Positions 27,901-41,612 are shown, numbered from the stretch's first letter. The stretch: 64,000 bases of DNA from Eledone cirrhosa (GCA_964016885.1 OZ024740.1:187550001-187614000); one strand, 5' to 3'. Notes: generated by a model from the sequence alone, not told the origin. Numbers and translations: made by a program.

Positions 27901-29003
27901 GTTGGTAACACTCAGATCCAGCTCCTCACACATCTGCAGCAGGAGCATACCATAGTTGTTACACTTTCCCACCCCATGCCTTCCGATTACATTCCATGTG
28001 TTAAAATCCCTACCCACTCTAGCATTAAAGTCACCAAGCACGATGACTTTGTCTGCCTGAGGGATATTTCTTAAAACACCTTTCAAGGCATGGTAAAAGG
28101 ATACTGTTTCTTCATCGACAGAATTCATAGTTGGAGCATACACACTCACCAGGGTCGCATATCTTCCTTTGTCCTGCGGAATTCTCATGGACATAAGACG
28201 CTCACTAATCCCTACTGGGAATTCTTCTAATTTATTCACAAGAACAGTCTTAACAGCAAATCCTACCCCAGCCTCTCTTCTGGTTCCTTCATCTCTTCTT
28301 TTCCAGAAGAATGTATATTCTCCACAAAATTCTGTAAGATGACCATCTCCAGCTAACCTCGTCTTGGATAAAGCCACGATGTCAAGATCGTTGCGTCGAA
28401 GCTCCTTTGCAACAAGAGCAGTCCTTCGTTCAGGACGCTCCAAGGAATCCCTGTTAAGCAGCGTCCGTACGTTCCAGCAGCCAAGACTAAATGCCTGGTT
28501 TGGCTCTATTACAATGGCACGATGACGAGCGGGCACAGGCTGTGATAACCTGGGGCCCCTGCCCTTATTGCCAATTATCTGTTTTGTTCCAGAACCTAAA
28601 TTGCCAATTATCTCTTTTATATTGTTCTGGAACATCATTGAATTGAAAAAAAAAAAAAAAGTAATAATAGTAGTAATAATAATAATAATATTAATAGTAC
28701 ACTATTAATAATTATTAATGCAGTCGTGCAATGCCTGTGCGTGACGAATATTTTTAAAGTGAGGAAAGACTGTGCACTGAGACAATCCCACTCTCTGAGC
28801 GACAGTAGCTATAACCCGAAAAGAAGAAAAGATCAACATCATCGGTAACTACTGAGCCGCAGGTTTTATGTCGGAGTTAACCCAGTTTCCTGAGATACCT
28901 TCTCCTAGAAGAATGCCCTGACAAGTGCTAGAGGTTCTTCACTCCCAGTGGTTTAACTGCGCGATCGGGCATCCAGCCCGATTAGTTCTATGTCCCGCGC
29001 AGA
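24826..29003 (-). mobile_element. Near full-length RTE (BovB-like) LINE, disrupted; 3' UTR interrupted by microsatellites
   Basis: APE and RT ORF pieces. RTE-type 5' UTR (CTAGGAGAAGG...AAACCTGC). 3' tail TGGCCATACTCG-ataa-CGAGGGGGCAGCCATCA at 24826-24860. Confidence 0.88.
25140..28520 (-). pseudogene. RTE ORF: AP endonuclease + RT + C-terminal C2H2 zinc fingers, frameshifted
   Basis: LGCWNVRTL, GVGFAV, VYAPT, LGDFNARVG, TWMHP, TDHRLV. YRGISLL, QSGFR, LLYADD, LRWSGH. Fingers CSVC..HLRSH, CQTC..HAKVH and CRLC..LKSH. Confidence 0.9.
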
Positions 29004-29143
29004 TAAAATAAAAAAAAATCACTTATTGACACTTATACGTACGACATACACACACGCGCATACATATGCGCGCACACACACACATACATACGCGCGCACA
29101 CAGCAACACTCATACATACAAACAAACACACACACGCTACTCA

Positions 29144-29210
<67 letters not shown>

Positions 29211-29324
29211 CCGTCATTACTGATACAAGATTACAAGATTATGTCAACTGTTGACTTTCAAGAGTTTGTATAGTTGAAGCCGATCGTATTACAGTCCAGT
29301 ATTATTATAATTGTTTTACAGAAT

Positions 29325-29465
29325 AGAGTTATGGCTCTCCACGCTCTGAGCTTAAATCCCGCCGAGGTCAACCTTGCCTTTCATCCCCACGGAGTCAACA
29401 AAAGAGAGTACCAGTGATGCGCTGGCCAGTCGCTGGATCCGTGCCAAAAGCAGAAAAATTATTAT
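29325..29465 (+). mobile_element. SINE family B fragment
   Basis: Shares TAGAGTTATGGCTC..AAATCCC.CCGAGGT.AAC.TTGCCTTTCATCC with 42870-43055 and 44421-44607. Confidence 0.7.
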
Positions 29466-30217
29466 TAAAGTTGTTTTCTTCAGGCCCGGTCGCTGGTGAT
29501 GGTGACGGCGGCGGTGGTGGCGGTGGTGGTGGTGGTGGTGGCAGTTGATGTTGTTGTTGTGTTGTGTGCGTGTGTGTGTGTGTTTTGTTATTTTGAGTTT
29601 TGTTTTTTTTGGTTTTCTCTTTTGATGCCGCTGTTGTTGTTGTTGTTGTTGTAAATGTTCATTTCAGTTCATTCTGAAGCTGTTGTTGCTGTAAAGATTA
29701 GTGCCGGTGTTGTTGTTGTAGATGTTGGGTATGAAATCTGGTCGTTTGACTGAGTGATGTATATACACACATATACATACATATATATATATATACACAT
29801 TCAACAGAGAGTAGAGAGTTTGACAACAGGTCGATGACTTTAGTCTAGATAGGGTAATGACATGTGATGGTGGGGAGGGAGTGTAGACATTATTGTGGTG
29901 GTTGGGGACAGTGAGATTTATCTAGTTCATTTGTCCGTTTTCTTCTCTTTGCAAAATTTGAATTTTAGCCATGTTATATTGAGATGTAAGTAAATGTAAA
30001 ATGTAAAATATAAATAAGGATTGCTCTGCTAAAATATACTAAAATATTTGTGTAACTTCCACAAACTTCTGTCGTGACATTCCCGAGTCCAGTGACCAAC
30101 AAATTGTTGTATTTTGATGTTTCAGAATACAAAAATTAATTTAAAACTTACCCCACGAAAAGACAGCGTGTGTTGTCCTATCTGTAAGCTCCCATATAAG
30201 TACATACACATATATAT

Positions 30218-30268
<51 letters not shown>

Positions 30269-30285
30269 TACACATATATATATAC

Positions 30286-30356
<71 letters not shown>

Positions 30357-30358
<2 letters not shown>

Positions 30359-30970
30359 AATGTGGTTCTATGGCAGGTTAATAAATTAACGAGCCAGAAC
30401 ATATAAAATCAAAGTTTAGCAAATAGAGAAAAAGTTTAAAATTCATTTTAAAACTTTTTCTCTATTTGCTAAACCTTGATTTTATATGTTCTGGCTCGTT
30501 AATTTATTAACCTGCCATAGAACCACATTGGCATACGGTTGGATAATACTTGTATCCCTATATGTATTTTTTACACGTAGGAACACATACTTTATTATTA
30601 TTAAATGCCCCTAAGGTTGAGATAACATTCTGGTCGTTTACTCTGCTGCTATTTCTAGTGGCAGGACATTGACCTGTCCACCCTTGCCTTCTGTCTTTAC
30701 ACACGGCACTAGACAAAATTGGTTCCTTCCTCATTCACTCTCATACGGGAACGGTTTTGTTTGGCGCCAGTTTGTGATTTGAACTCGGGAATTTTATATT
30801 CTCCGAGTGAGAAAAACCTTCTGATGGAGTCCCCTTCTCAATGAAAGTCCGCCTGGATTATCCATTTAATTTTTGATTTGAAACTGCGCGGTAAGGGTAC
30901 ATAGAGTAAGTAGAGCGAACTTTTTAAAATTTATTTTGAAACTTTTTCTCTATTTGCTAAACCTTCATTT

Positions 30971-30975
<5 letters not shown>
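30357..30975 (+). mobile_element. Non-coding HHR element, 488-nt unit with terminal direct repeat and 81-bp inverted 5' arm
   Basis: 30357-30437 is inverted against 30451-30531 (1 mismatch). 30435-30487 repeats at 30923-30975. TA tracts on both sides. Confidence 0.8.
30816..30898 (+). ncRNA. Type I hammerhead ribozyme (long stem II insert; core CUGAUGG)
   Basis: ACCUU-CUGAUGG-AGUC...GAUUU-GAAA-CUGCGCGG-UA|AGGGU. Self-complementary stem III ACUGCGCGGU. Confidence 0.7.
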
Positions 30976-31039
<64 letters not shown>

Positions 31040-31071
31040 CAGAAAAACCACAGACCCTCCATCTCAACTCA

Positions 31072-31109
31072 CCTTTTGAAAAGCAGAAGAACTGCGAAAC
31101 CGGTAAAGG
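31072..31109 (+). ncRNA. Minimal type I hammerhead ribozyme, U3-A8 core variant
   Basis: CCUU-UUGAAAA-GCAG-aagaa-CUGC-GAAA-CCGG-UA|AAGG. Palindromic ACCGGU. Confidence 0.8.
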
Positions 31110-31184
31110 AACCAAATAAATATGTATATTTAAAAAAAATTTAAGACTCCAGTTGCATTTTCGATTTCATCTCTTTTTCTTTAT

Positions 31185-31853
31185 ACTGCTCCTAGATTCC
31201 TCGACTTAGGTATGATACATTTTATTCCTAATTATATCTAAATGTTTCTTCTCTCTTCATAATGTATTTTTAACTCTGATACTGGTTCAGTCTGGTTCAA
31301 CCGGATTGGTCTGTCCCAGTCATTCATTGAGCAACATCGGTGAAGTTGGCACCCTTAACTCACGCTTGGGTGCGGATGCATTCATGTATATGTCCGCATG
31401 TATCTGTGTGTTTCTAAATATATTGTTAATAACTCCCTCTGGTCGAGCAATCTTTGAAGTGTGGGGACTGCTGGAAAGCTTCCATTACTCATACTTCTCG
31501 CCTCCTTCACCACCTCTTCTACGGCTTCGATATAAATACCCCCTCCACCTCCGTGGTATTTTCTTCGGGGATATAAGAGGCTTAGCTCTGTTTCTCGACC
31601 GTTATATCGCGTGACTATCTCCCCCTCCGCCTTTTGGGATTCTTTCTCACGTCGTGTAGACGCGTTCTTGAGACTAGTAAATGAGGTATCCTCTTGATAA
31701 GTCGGAAGACCTCGCAAGGACTCTATATCTTTATGATGTATTGTTTTTGTTTATGCCACGAAACTACGTAGTCGAGGAATCTAGGAGCAGTTTAGGTATG
31801 ATACATTTTATTACTAATTATATCTAAATGTTTCTTCTCTCTTCATAATGTAT
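31185..31853 (+). mobile_element. Non-coding HHR element, 586-nt unit with 62-bp terminal direct repeat and 22-bp inverted 5' arm
   Basis: 31206-31267 repeats at 31792-31853. 31185-31206 is the reverse complement of 31770-31791. Ends in a TA tract. Confidence 0.8.
31689..31778 (+). ncRNA. Type I hammerhead ribozyme, U3-A8 core variant, long stem II
   Basis: UCCUC-UUGAUAA-GUCGG...GCCAC-GAAA-CUACGUAG-UC|GAGGA. Perfect palindrome ACUACGUAGU, GUC site, 5-bp stem I. Confidence 0.78.
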
Positions 31854-31942
31854 ATATATATATATATACACATGTATATATATACACATGTATATATATA
31901 TATATATATTTATGTATATATATATATATATATACACACATA

Positions 31943-31991
<49 letters not shown>

Positions 31992-31998
31992 GTATATA

Positions 31999-32043
<45 letters not shown>

Positions 32044-32044
32044 G

Positions 32045-32077
<33 letters not shown>

Positions 32078-32078
32078 G

Positions 32079-32111
<33 letters not shown>

Positions 32112-32115
32112 GTAC

Positions 32116-32151
<36 letters not shown>

Positions 32152-32193
32152 GTACATACATATATATATATATATATGTATATATATATGTAC

Positions 32194-32229
<36 letters not shown>

Positions 32230-32233
32230 GTAC

Positions 32234-32269
<36 letters not shown>

Positions 32270-32273
32270 GTAC

Positions 32274-32309
<36 letters not shown>

Positions 32310-32351
32310 GTACATACATATATATATATATATATGTATATATATATGTAC

Positions 32352-32387
<36 letters not shown>

Positions 32388-32388
32388 G

Positions 32389-32419
<31 letters not shown>

Positions 32420-32830
32420 GTATATGTATATATATATGGATATATATATATATATGTACATACATATATATATATATATATATGTATGTATATATATATA
32501 TGGATATATATATATATATATATGTACATACATATATATATATATGTATGTACATACATATATATATATATGTATGTACATATATATATATATATATGTA
32601 CATACATATATATATATATGTATGTACATATATATATATATATATGTACATACATATATATATATATATGTATGTACATATATATATATATATATGTACA
32701 TATATATATATATATATGTATGTACATATATATATATATATATGTACATATATATATATATATGTACATACATATATATATATGTATGTACATATATATA
32801 TATATGTATGTACATACATATATATATGTA
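31854..32830. repeat. (TA)n/(TACA) microsatellite
   Basis: Direct inspection. Confidence 0.97.
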
Positions 32831-32949
32831 CTAGTCAGTAGGCATCTCTAACAAAATACCCCCCCCCACCCAACCCCACCCCCACGCCATCCACACCGCC
32901 CCCTTCTATGTAAAGTTATGTTGGTGCCACACCATCCAGGCCGAAACAA

Positions 32950-33176
32950 ATGAGATCGTGTAGGTGTCACGACAAAAAAACACACAGTCCACGCTGTAAT
33001 GTGGCCGTGTAGGCAACACGGTAAAAACCTCCCAGACCCACACTGTAAATGTGGTTGGTGTTAGGAAGGGCATCCAACTGTAGAAAACATGCCAGACAGT
33101 CCTATGCGAGCAAGTGGGAAAACCCCCGTCCAAACCCATGCAAGCGTGGATAACGGACGTTAAACAATGATGATGT
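32950..33176 (+). mobile_element. SINE 3' portion related to family A
   Basis: CACTGTAAATG.GGTTGGTGTTAGGAAGGGCATCCA.CTGTAGAAA...CGGACGTTAAAC..GATGATG. Confidence 0.7.
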
Positions 33177-33246
33177 ACATACATATATATATATGTACAC
33201 ACATATATATATATATATATATATGTACATACATATATATATACAT

Positions 33247-33295
<49 letters not shown>

Positions 33296-33403
33296 TATAT
33301 ATATATACACATATATATATATATATACACATATATATATATATATATATACATACACATATATATATGTATATATACATACACATATATATATATATAT
33401 ATG

Positions 33404-33443
<40 letters not shown>

Positions 33444-33460
33444 CACATATATATATATGT

Positions 33461-33545
<85 letters not shown>

Positions 33546-33605
33546 TATATATATACACATATATATATATATATATATATATAATGTACATACATATATA
33601 TAAAT

Positions 33606-33650
<45 letters not shown>

Positions 33651-33669
33651 TAAACACATATATATATAT

Positions 33670-33985
33670 GGAGGCACATGGCTTAGTGGTTAGAGCATTG
33701 GTCTTGCAATTCTCAGACTGGTGATGTGTTGTTTCCTTGAGGAAGACACTTTATTTCACATTGCTCCAGTTTACTCAGCTGTAGAAATGAGATGATAGGG
33801 AGTGGGGTCCCTATCATCCTACTGCAAAGTGGTCGTGGAGGTGCCCCGGCAAAAAAGCACTCACCACTCACTGTAAATGAGGTTGGTGTTAGGAAGGGCA
33901 TCTAGTTGTAGAAATCAAGCCAGAATCAGTTCCCATCCCACCCTTGCAAGCAGGGAAAAAGCGGACGTAAAATGAATGAAATGAT
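33670..33985 (+). mobile_element. SINE family A (B-box region deleted)
   Basis: Matches 13429-13778 but lacks ~20 bp of the tRNA head. Confidence 0.9.
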
Positions 33986-33996
33986 ATATATATATG

Positions 33997-34285
33997 TATT
34001 GTTATGCTTTGGGAGGGTCATGTTGAAAGAAACACATGCCCCAGTTGCTTTCACTTCATTTATAAATTTAGGAATTTATAATTTTTCGGTTCGCTGCTTG
34101 GTTCCACAACCAGATGATTGTTCATATATTGTCAAAGTTCTTTCGTCACACATTCTGTGACCTCTTCAGTGACTGGGGATTATTTTCTTCTGTGTTTCTT
34201 ATTGGCAACATGATCCTCCCAACAATATCACATTCAAACACGTTTCGAGATAAAGAATCTTGCTAAACAAATTCAGAAACGATAT
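33997..34285 (-). mobile_element. Solo pseudo-LTR remnant of a PLE family related to the 1-5948 element, with inverted arm
   Basis: Minus strand ends ATGACCCTCCCAAAGCATAACAATA (MTLPKHNN). Inverted plus-strand arm encodes ..TRFEIKNLAKQIQKRY, compared with TRFHIKNLAKLIHRRY in the intact ORF. Confidence 0.8.
34131..34173 (-). ncRNA. Minimal type I hammerhead ribozyme
   Basis: GUCA-CUGAAGA-g-GUCACA-gaaug-UGUGAC-GAAA-GAAC-UU|UGAC. Stem II covaries with the 1557-1614 HHR. Confidence 0.8.
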
Positions 34286-34429
34286 ATATATATGTATATA
34301 TATGTAGGAGGTGAGTTTTATTGTAGTACAATAAAGCAATGCAGATATCGGATAAGAAGCACTCTACAGTTTGTAGGACTGGAGTATACATAATATAAGA
34401 TCAAAAGATGGTTAAAGGAGTTCCATGTA

Positions 34430-34496
34430 TTTTATTATACGCATTTCAAAAACAAACATCATCATGCAATAATATTTGTGTTTTCATCAGATAAAA
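34430..34496 (-). ncRNA. Type I hammerhead ribozyme
   Basis: UUUUAU-CUGAUGA-long stem II-GAAA-UGCGUA-UA|AUAAAA. Confidence 0.75.
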
Positions 34497-36644
34497 CAGG
34501 AGAACATATGAAGGCTAAAAAACACTTGTGGATAGTGCAGTTTTAAATCAACATATGAGAAGTGGTTTTAGATTGATGTGTGATATTGGGAAGAATATTT
34601 CATTTAGAGAGGGGGGGGTGGAAAGGATGAAAAAGGGGAGGAGATGAGAGGGAGAGATGGGTGATAGAGAGAAAGAGATAGTTTTTATAACTGAGAGGAG
34701 ATATATTGTTTTACATAGAGAGGTTGAAAACCGTTGGAAGATAATGTATAAATTAAACAAATTTGAAAATTAACGAAGGGAGGATATGTGCGAGGAAAAA
34801 ATATTTTATTTAGGGAGGGGTGGTGGAAAGGATGAAAAAAGGGGGAGGAGATGAGAGTGAAAGGTGGAGAGGGAGAGATGGGTGATAGAGAGAAAGAGAT
34901 AGTTTTTATAACTGAGAAAAAGATATATTGTTTTACATAGAGAGGTTGAGAACCGTTGGAAGATAATGTATAAATTAAAGGAATTTGAAAATTAACGAAG
35001 GGAATTTATGTATGAAGATAGAGAGAAAAAATAATAATTGTGGATGAATATTGTAACGTCAAAAAAAGGGTATGTTGATAAGTATTGTGGCAATTTCAAA
35101 ATTAACGAAGAGAAAAATTATTAAGGTTTGTGTGTAGAAGGATTTGAGAAAAATAATGTGAAGTTAAAGTTTGTATATTGAAGGAATTGATAATATATGC
35201 GAATAAAGAGTTAATATGTATTAAGAATGAGTTCGTTGATGGGGAGAAAAAAATAATAAATTAAGGATGAAATTGAGATTAAAAAGATTTATGATAGAGA
35301 GAAAAAATAATAATGATTGCGGATGAATATTCTAACGTCAAAAAAACAAATTTATATGTTATGAAGGATTTTACAAGGTGAAGATAGAATGAGGGTAATG
35401 AGTAAACAAGTATTATAGAGTGTATAATGCCCTTTAAAGTATGGTAGGAAGATGGGTATATTTTAAAGAGGTGTATGTATATGTGCCTTTGAGAAAAGAT
35501 TCTAAATTGATAAAGAATTGAATATTAACTGTATACTTTGTGAAAAGTCCTATGGAATTTATGCAGGCAGATAGAAAACAAATCTGTACGTCAATTTATT
35601 ATAGAATCTAGGTTAGAGATAATGGTAAATTTTTCATTTAGGCAGAGATTACAGATTTTAGATAGAGAGCTGTTCAAGTATGAGGATGCAGAAGAAATCT
35701 TCTTCCAAAAGATGGTATATTTAATGTTTTTGTCTTTTAAGGACCATATGAGTTCTGAGAGAGCAGTGTTGGTTCTTTTAAGTTTGTATTTGAAAGATGA
35801 ATGATGATTATAGAGACGAGCTTTAAAAGAGGTGGAAGTGGAGCCAAAATAGGTGAAGGAATTGGTGCTAGTTATAATTTTACATTCATAAATTAAGTTT
35901 TTATCGAGACAATGGTTGTTGAGAGGACATTTATTTTTAATGCGGCAGTTGCAATTAGAGAGATTATTAATGAGTGACCTAGTGTTATCTATAATAATCT
36001 CTCTAATTGCAACTGCAACTTCTCTTCGTTAATTTTGAAATTGCCACAATACTTATCAACATACCCTTTTTTTGATGTTAGAATATTCATCCACAATTAT
36101 TATTTTTTCTCTCTATCTTCATACATAAATTCCCTTCGTTAATTTTCAAATTCCTTTAATTTATACATTATCTTCCAACGGTTCTCAACCTCTCTATGTA
36201 ACACAATATAACTTTTTCTCAGTTATAAAAACTATCTCTTTCTCTCTATCACCCATCTCTCCCTCTCCACCTTTCACTCTCATCTCCTCCCCCTTTTTTC
36301 ATCCTTTCCACCCCCCCTCCCTAAATAAAATATTTTTTCCTCGCACATATCCTTCCTTCGTTAATTTTCAAATTTTTTTAATTTATACATTATCTTCCAA
36401 CGGTTTTAAACCTCTCTATGTAAAACAATATATCTCCTCTCAGTTATAAAAACTATCTCTTTCTCTCTATCACCCATCTCTCCCTCTCATCTCCTCCCCT
36501 TTTTCATCCTTTCCACCCCCCCCCCCCTCTCTAAATAAAATATTTTTCCCAATATCACACATCAATCTAAAACCACTTCTCATATGTTGATTTAAAACTG
36601 CACTATCCACAAGTGTTTTTTAGCCTTCGTATCATGTTCTCCTG

Positions 36645-36711
36645 TTTTATCTGATGAAAACACAAATATTATTGCATGATGATGTTTGTTTTTGAAATGC
36701 GCATAATAAAA
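36645..36711 (+). ncRNA. Type I hammerhead ribozyme (inverted copy)
   Basis: UUUUAU-CUGAUGA-AAACACAAAUAUU..GAUGUUUGUUUUU-GAAA-UGCGCA-UA|AUAAAA. Palindrome AUGCGCAU. Confidence 0.8.
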
Positions 36712-36747
36712 TACATGGAACGCCTTTAACGATCTTTTGATCTTATA

Positions 36748-37351
<604 letters not shown>

Positions 37352-37808
37352 GGTCTTTTTCCATGCTAGTATGGGTTAGATGAGTTGTCCTGTTGTGAGA
37401 CAACTCAGATGAGATGAATGTCTTGTTCATACAGAACTGTTTCTGGGTTGGTTTCTATATCTTGATGCCCTGCCTAACACCAACCATATTTATAGTGTAG
37501 GCAGTAAATACACACATACACATATATATCTATATATATATACTGAAAAGGGCCCATGATGGCGAAACAACAAAAAGCTCCCAGCCCACACTGTAAAGGG
37601 GTCATGTTGGCATCATGATTAAAGCACCCAGTACTCATTGTAAATGGGGTTGGCGCAAGGAAGTACATCCACCTGTAGAAACTGAGTCAAAATAATTTCA
37701 AAATAATGATCAAGATATGGATATGTGACCTCGCATTGCTCACAATAGGATAACTCGTCTAACCCATGCTAATATGGAAAAATAGACGTTAAACGAGGAT
37801 GATGATAT

Positions 37809-37851
<43 letters not shown>

Positions 37852-38589
37852 CACATATATATAAAGAAATATATATATATATGTGTGTGTCTGTATTCAT
37901 ATTTCCTGGATTGTTGTTCTTGTTGGTTTCAGTTCACAGTACTTTCAAAATGTAATTGTCATTCTGAAACAATGCATCTATTTCATGAATCATTGTGTAT
38001 TAAGCACACTAATTCAGAAATACCTACTCATGTTGCTATTGTGCAAATAAGATATCTATAAATTCCATATGTACATTTGTGGGTGTGTTGTAACAGTAAA
38101 TTAAGTGACCCTCTAACATTAAAAAAAAAATGGTTATTCTAGGTGTTTAATTAACTGGTAGAATTATAGAGTACGTGTTTGAGTATTCCACAGACACATA
38201 GATCAGCTTAAATTATAGGTATAGTCCAATGTGTGATAGAAAATCCAGGATCTCATGATTGCAAAGCAAATGTTTTAACCTTGCACCCTCACGCATACAT
38301 GCACACACATATGTGTGTGTACCTGCACACACTGAGTTTTGATTTAAGTAATCACTGGTTAGCAAATTTTATACTCAATCTGACATATTGTTAGTAGACA
38401 TCAATGCCTCTTATAAGTACTGGTTTTTATCTGGATATAACAGATTGCTGGCCATCACAGCATACAACAAACTGACTGCCTTGATTTACAGTAGGATAAA
38501 TCTAATCTTATTACAAGAACCAGTAAAAGGAGACAATTCTCTTGGCTTTTTTTTCTGTTAGATGTACATGCAGCTGCCACAACTTTAAC

Positions 38590-38820
38590 ATGTCTGGGCA
38601 CCACAGACTGAAACCTTTGGCACTGAAAGAATACTGTAAGAAATTATCCAGCCTCTTTTGTTGGCTGTTTCATATCTGTTTTTCTTATGGCACATTTCCA
38701 AACCAATGGAATGCCACTTGTGTGATGCCTGTACACAAGAGGAATTCCAGAGCCAATTCATCAACTTGCCAACCCATAACATTGCTCATCATTATCAGCA
38801 AAGTAACGGAATCAACATTT
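38590..38820 (+). mobile_element. Degenerate CR1/Jockey-group RT fragment
   Basis: LKEYCKKLSSLFCWLF..GTFPNQWNATCVMPVHK..CQPITLLIIISKV resembles the LK.C..L..LF..G.FP..WK.A.V.PVHK..NYRPISLL..SKV RT block. Confidence 0.6.
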
Positions 38821-40127
38821 GATGTATGTCTGCTGTGCCTGTAGTGTTGGTTGTATCTTGTGAGCCTTTGGGTACAATGTGAGATGTATTCACTGTGAGC
38901 ATGTTATGTGGGCATGCTAATGTGTGCATGCACATGTCAAGGTGTGGCTTATGATGTATGGGTAAAAATATATGTACATATTTCTGTATACAGTTATATA
39001 TTTATATATATATATATGTACACAGACAGACAGACACATACACACACAGACAGACACAGACAGACAGACACACAAAACACACACACACACATGGAGATGC
39101 ATTTTTCAGAATTCCATTATTTTTTCAAATTAGTTTCAATGAATCTTCATTTATTTTAGACCTACATTTTTCTTTTTATGTTCACAAAATGCTCAATATG
39201 ATAAATATTTAAGATTGTTACATTACCTAAATTTTTCACTTAACTCGTAATAGAGGAGGGGATTGTTAAAGCATTGAACAAATTGCTTGCAGTATATATT
39301 TATAGCCATGCACATTCAGAGTTCAAATTCTGTCAAGATCAGCTTTGCTTTCATTCCTATGAAGTCAATAATATACCACCCAACTATTGAGGTTGATTTA
39401 ATAGACTATTCATCTCCCCAAATACATGGCCTTGTGTCTATGTTAGAAATCAATATTTACCCCTAATACCTTTGCTCTTTTATGGAAATTGTTTATTCTT
39501 CTATCTATTTGAAAACCTTACGAATGGCATTTAAGTTTACAATTTAGACTTGTTTTGATGATATTCTAGGTTTATTGATTTCTTTATATACCAATACCAA
39601 AATGAATAAATTAATTAATAAAATAAACATCATGTGCATTGATGGTGAAACAAACCCTCTTGTTTGGGAACTAATAAAGATGCATTTAAAAAAAACAACA
39701 ACCTCCTTTTCTTTCTATTCAGTTCACCAATACCCCCACCCTCTTCCATGGATTCTAAGCGCATCAAATAACATCAGAACAATTTGTACAACATTATAAA
39801 TTTCCCAAGGGTGGTTACATTGAGATGAGTTTGCATATATCAGGTCACCGTAGCTAAAGCTAAGTGAATGCACCAAAGATAATAGTTCTGGCTACTGAAA
39901 GCATTTGTCAGCTGATGTTTTCTCGGGAAAATATAATTTGAAATGAATATTTGTCTAGTTTTCTCCATTTGTTTCCATGTTTTATCACGCATACAGACTT
40001 TCTGTCTTTTTATCTAGACATCAACATATTCACCTATTTCCACCCCTCCATTTTTATATATATATATATATCATCATCATCACTGTTTTACGCCTGTTCT
40101 TCCATGCTCGCATGGGTTAGATGGTAT

Positions 40128-40176
<49 letters not shown>

Positions 40177-40649
40177 TATACATATATATACATATATATA
40201 TGTGTGTGTGTGTATATATATGTGTGTGTGTATATATATGTGTGTGTGTATATATATGTGTGTGTATATATATATATGTGTGTATATATATGTGTGTGTG
40301 TGTATATATATATGTGTGTGTGTATATATATACGTGTGTGTATATATTAAAAATTTGTCGATCGACTTTTGTCAAATCAGACCGAGGAAACAATGTTTTC
40401 ATTGGTATTTCCAATTGTTAATGTTATCTATCACTCGCAACTCCTGGTAGAAGGAGCAACGTGAAATAAAGTGTCTTGCTCAAGGACATAACGCATCACC
40501 CGGTCCAGGAATCGAACCAACAACCTTATGATTGTGAATCCAGTTCTCTTACCAATCAGCTACATGCCTTCACTTGTGTATATATATATGTGTGTGTATA
40601 TATATGTGTGTATATATATATGTATATGTATATATCAGTTATCTATTAT

Positions 40650-41259
40650 GTCAGGTCACCAGTTGGTGCTACTGGTAACATGTATTCCAGTACAACCTGT
40701 CCCATGGTAGGGTCGTTGGCGACTAAACTGGCAACCCCACCAAGGTTTCTTGGTGAGGAGGTTGACTTTGGACATCCTGTAGGACTAAAAACAAAACCTG
40801 TCAAAGGGCAAAGGAGCTCTTAAGAGTCAATGGCCATCCAAAATCACCGGGAGAGATGACCCCTTAGCCTTTGTCAAAGCAGAATTATAGGAGAAGGAAA
40901 ACTCTGATATAACACCTGCAACCCTGATGGTATCCAATGATGTTGACTTGTTCTTCTTTTTGGTAAATATCATCTTGGTCAAGAGAGTGGGACTGGCTTT
41001 GTGCAGTGCCTTTGCTCACTATAAAAGCTTCACAGCACAGGCATTGCTTTATATCTGGAGATCTCTCTGCACTTGTCGTTGCATGGTACCATGGGCCCAG
41101 CACTATGTGTCAATAATTGTCACAGGTGTAGTGTTTGTACCAGAGTTTTCAAGTTGCTGGCTGGACTAAAAAGTCACACTCTTTTAGCGCATCGGTAGGG
41201 GTTCTCCTACATGGATATAAAGTGGTGACCGTACTCGAAAACGAGATGGCAGCCACCAT
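40650..41259 (+). mobile_element. Bipartite non-autonomous RTE derivative (5' UTR + 3' end)
   Basis: RTE 5' motif TAGGAGAAGGAAAACTCTG. 3' part encodes HRCSVCTRVFKLLAGLKSH and ends CTCG-aaaa-CGAG..GGCAGCCACCA. Second copy at 58204-58765. Confidence 0.78.
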
Positions 41260-41275
41260 ATGTATATATATGTAT

Positions 41276-41612
41276 ATCATTTCATTTCATTTTACGTCCG
41301 CTTTTTCCCTGCTTGCAAGGGTGGGACGGGAACTGATTCTGGCTTGATTTCTACAGCTGGATTCCCTTCCTAACACCAACCTCATTTACAGTGAGTGCTG
41401 GGTGCTTTTTTGCCGTGGCACCTCCACGACCACTTTTCAGTGGAATGATATGGACCCCAGTCCTATCATCTCATTTCTACAGCTGAGTAAACTGGAGCAA
41501 TGTGAATAAAAGTGTCTTGCTCAAGGAAACAACACATCACCTGGTCTGAGAATTGAACTCACAACCTTTCGATTGCAAGGCCAATGCTCTAACCACTAAG
41601 CCATGTGCCTCC
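41276..41612 (-). mobile_element. SINE family A
   Basis: Reverse complement of 13429-13778 with few differences. Confidence 0.9.

Noticed and set aside
28950-29003. HDV-like ribozyme at the RTE 5' end
   Set aside because: Only nested hairpins (CTGCGCG..CGCGCAG, ATCGGGC..GCCCGAT) were seen; the double pseudoknot could not be assembled by eye.
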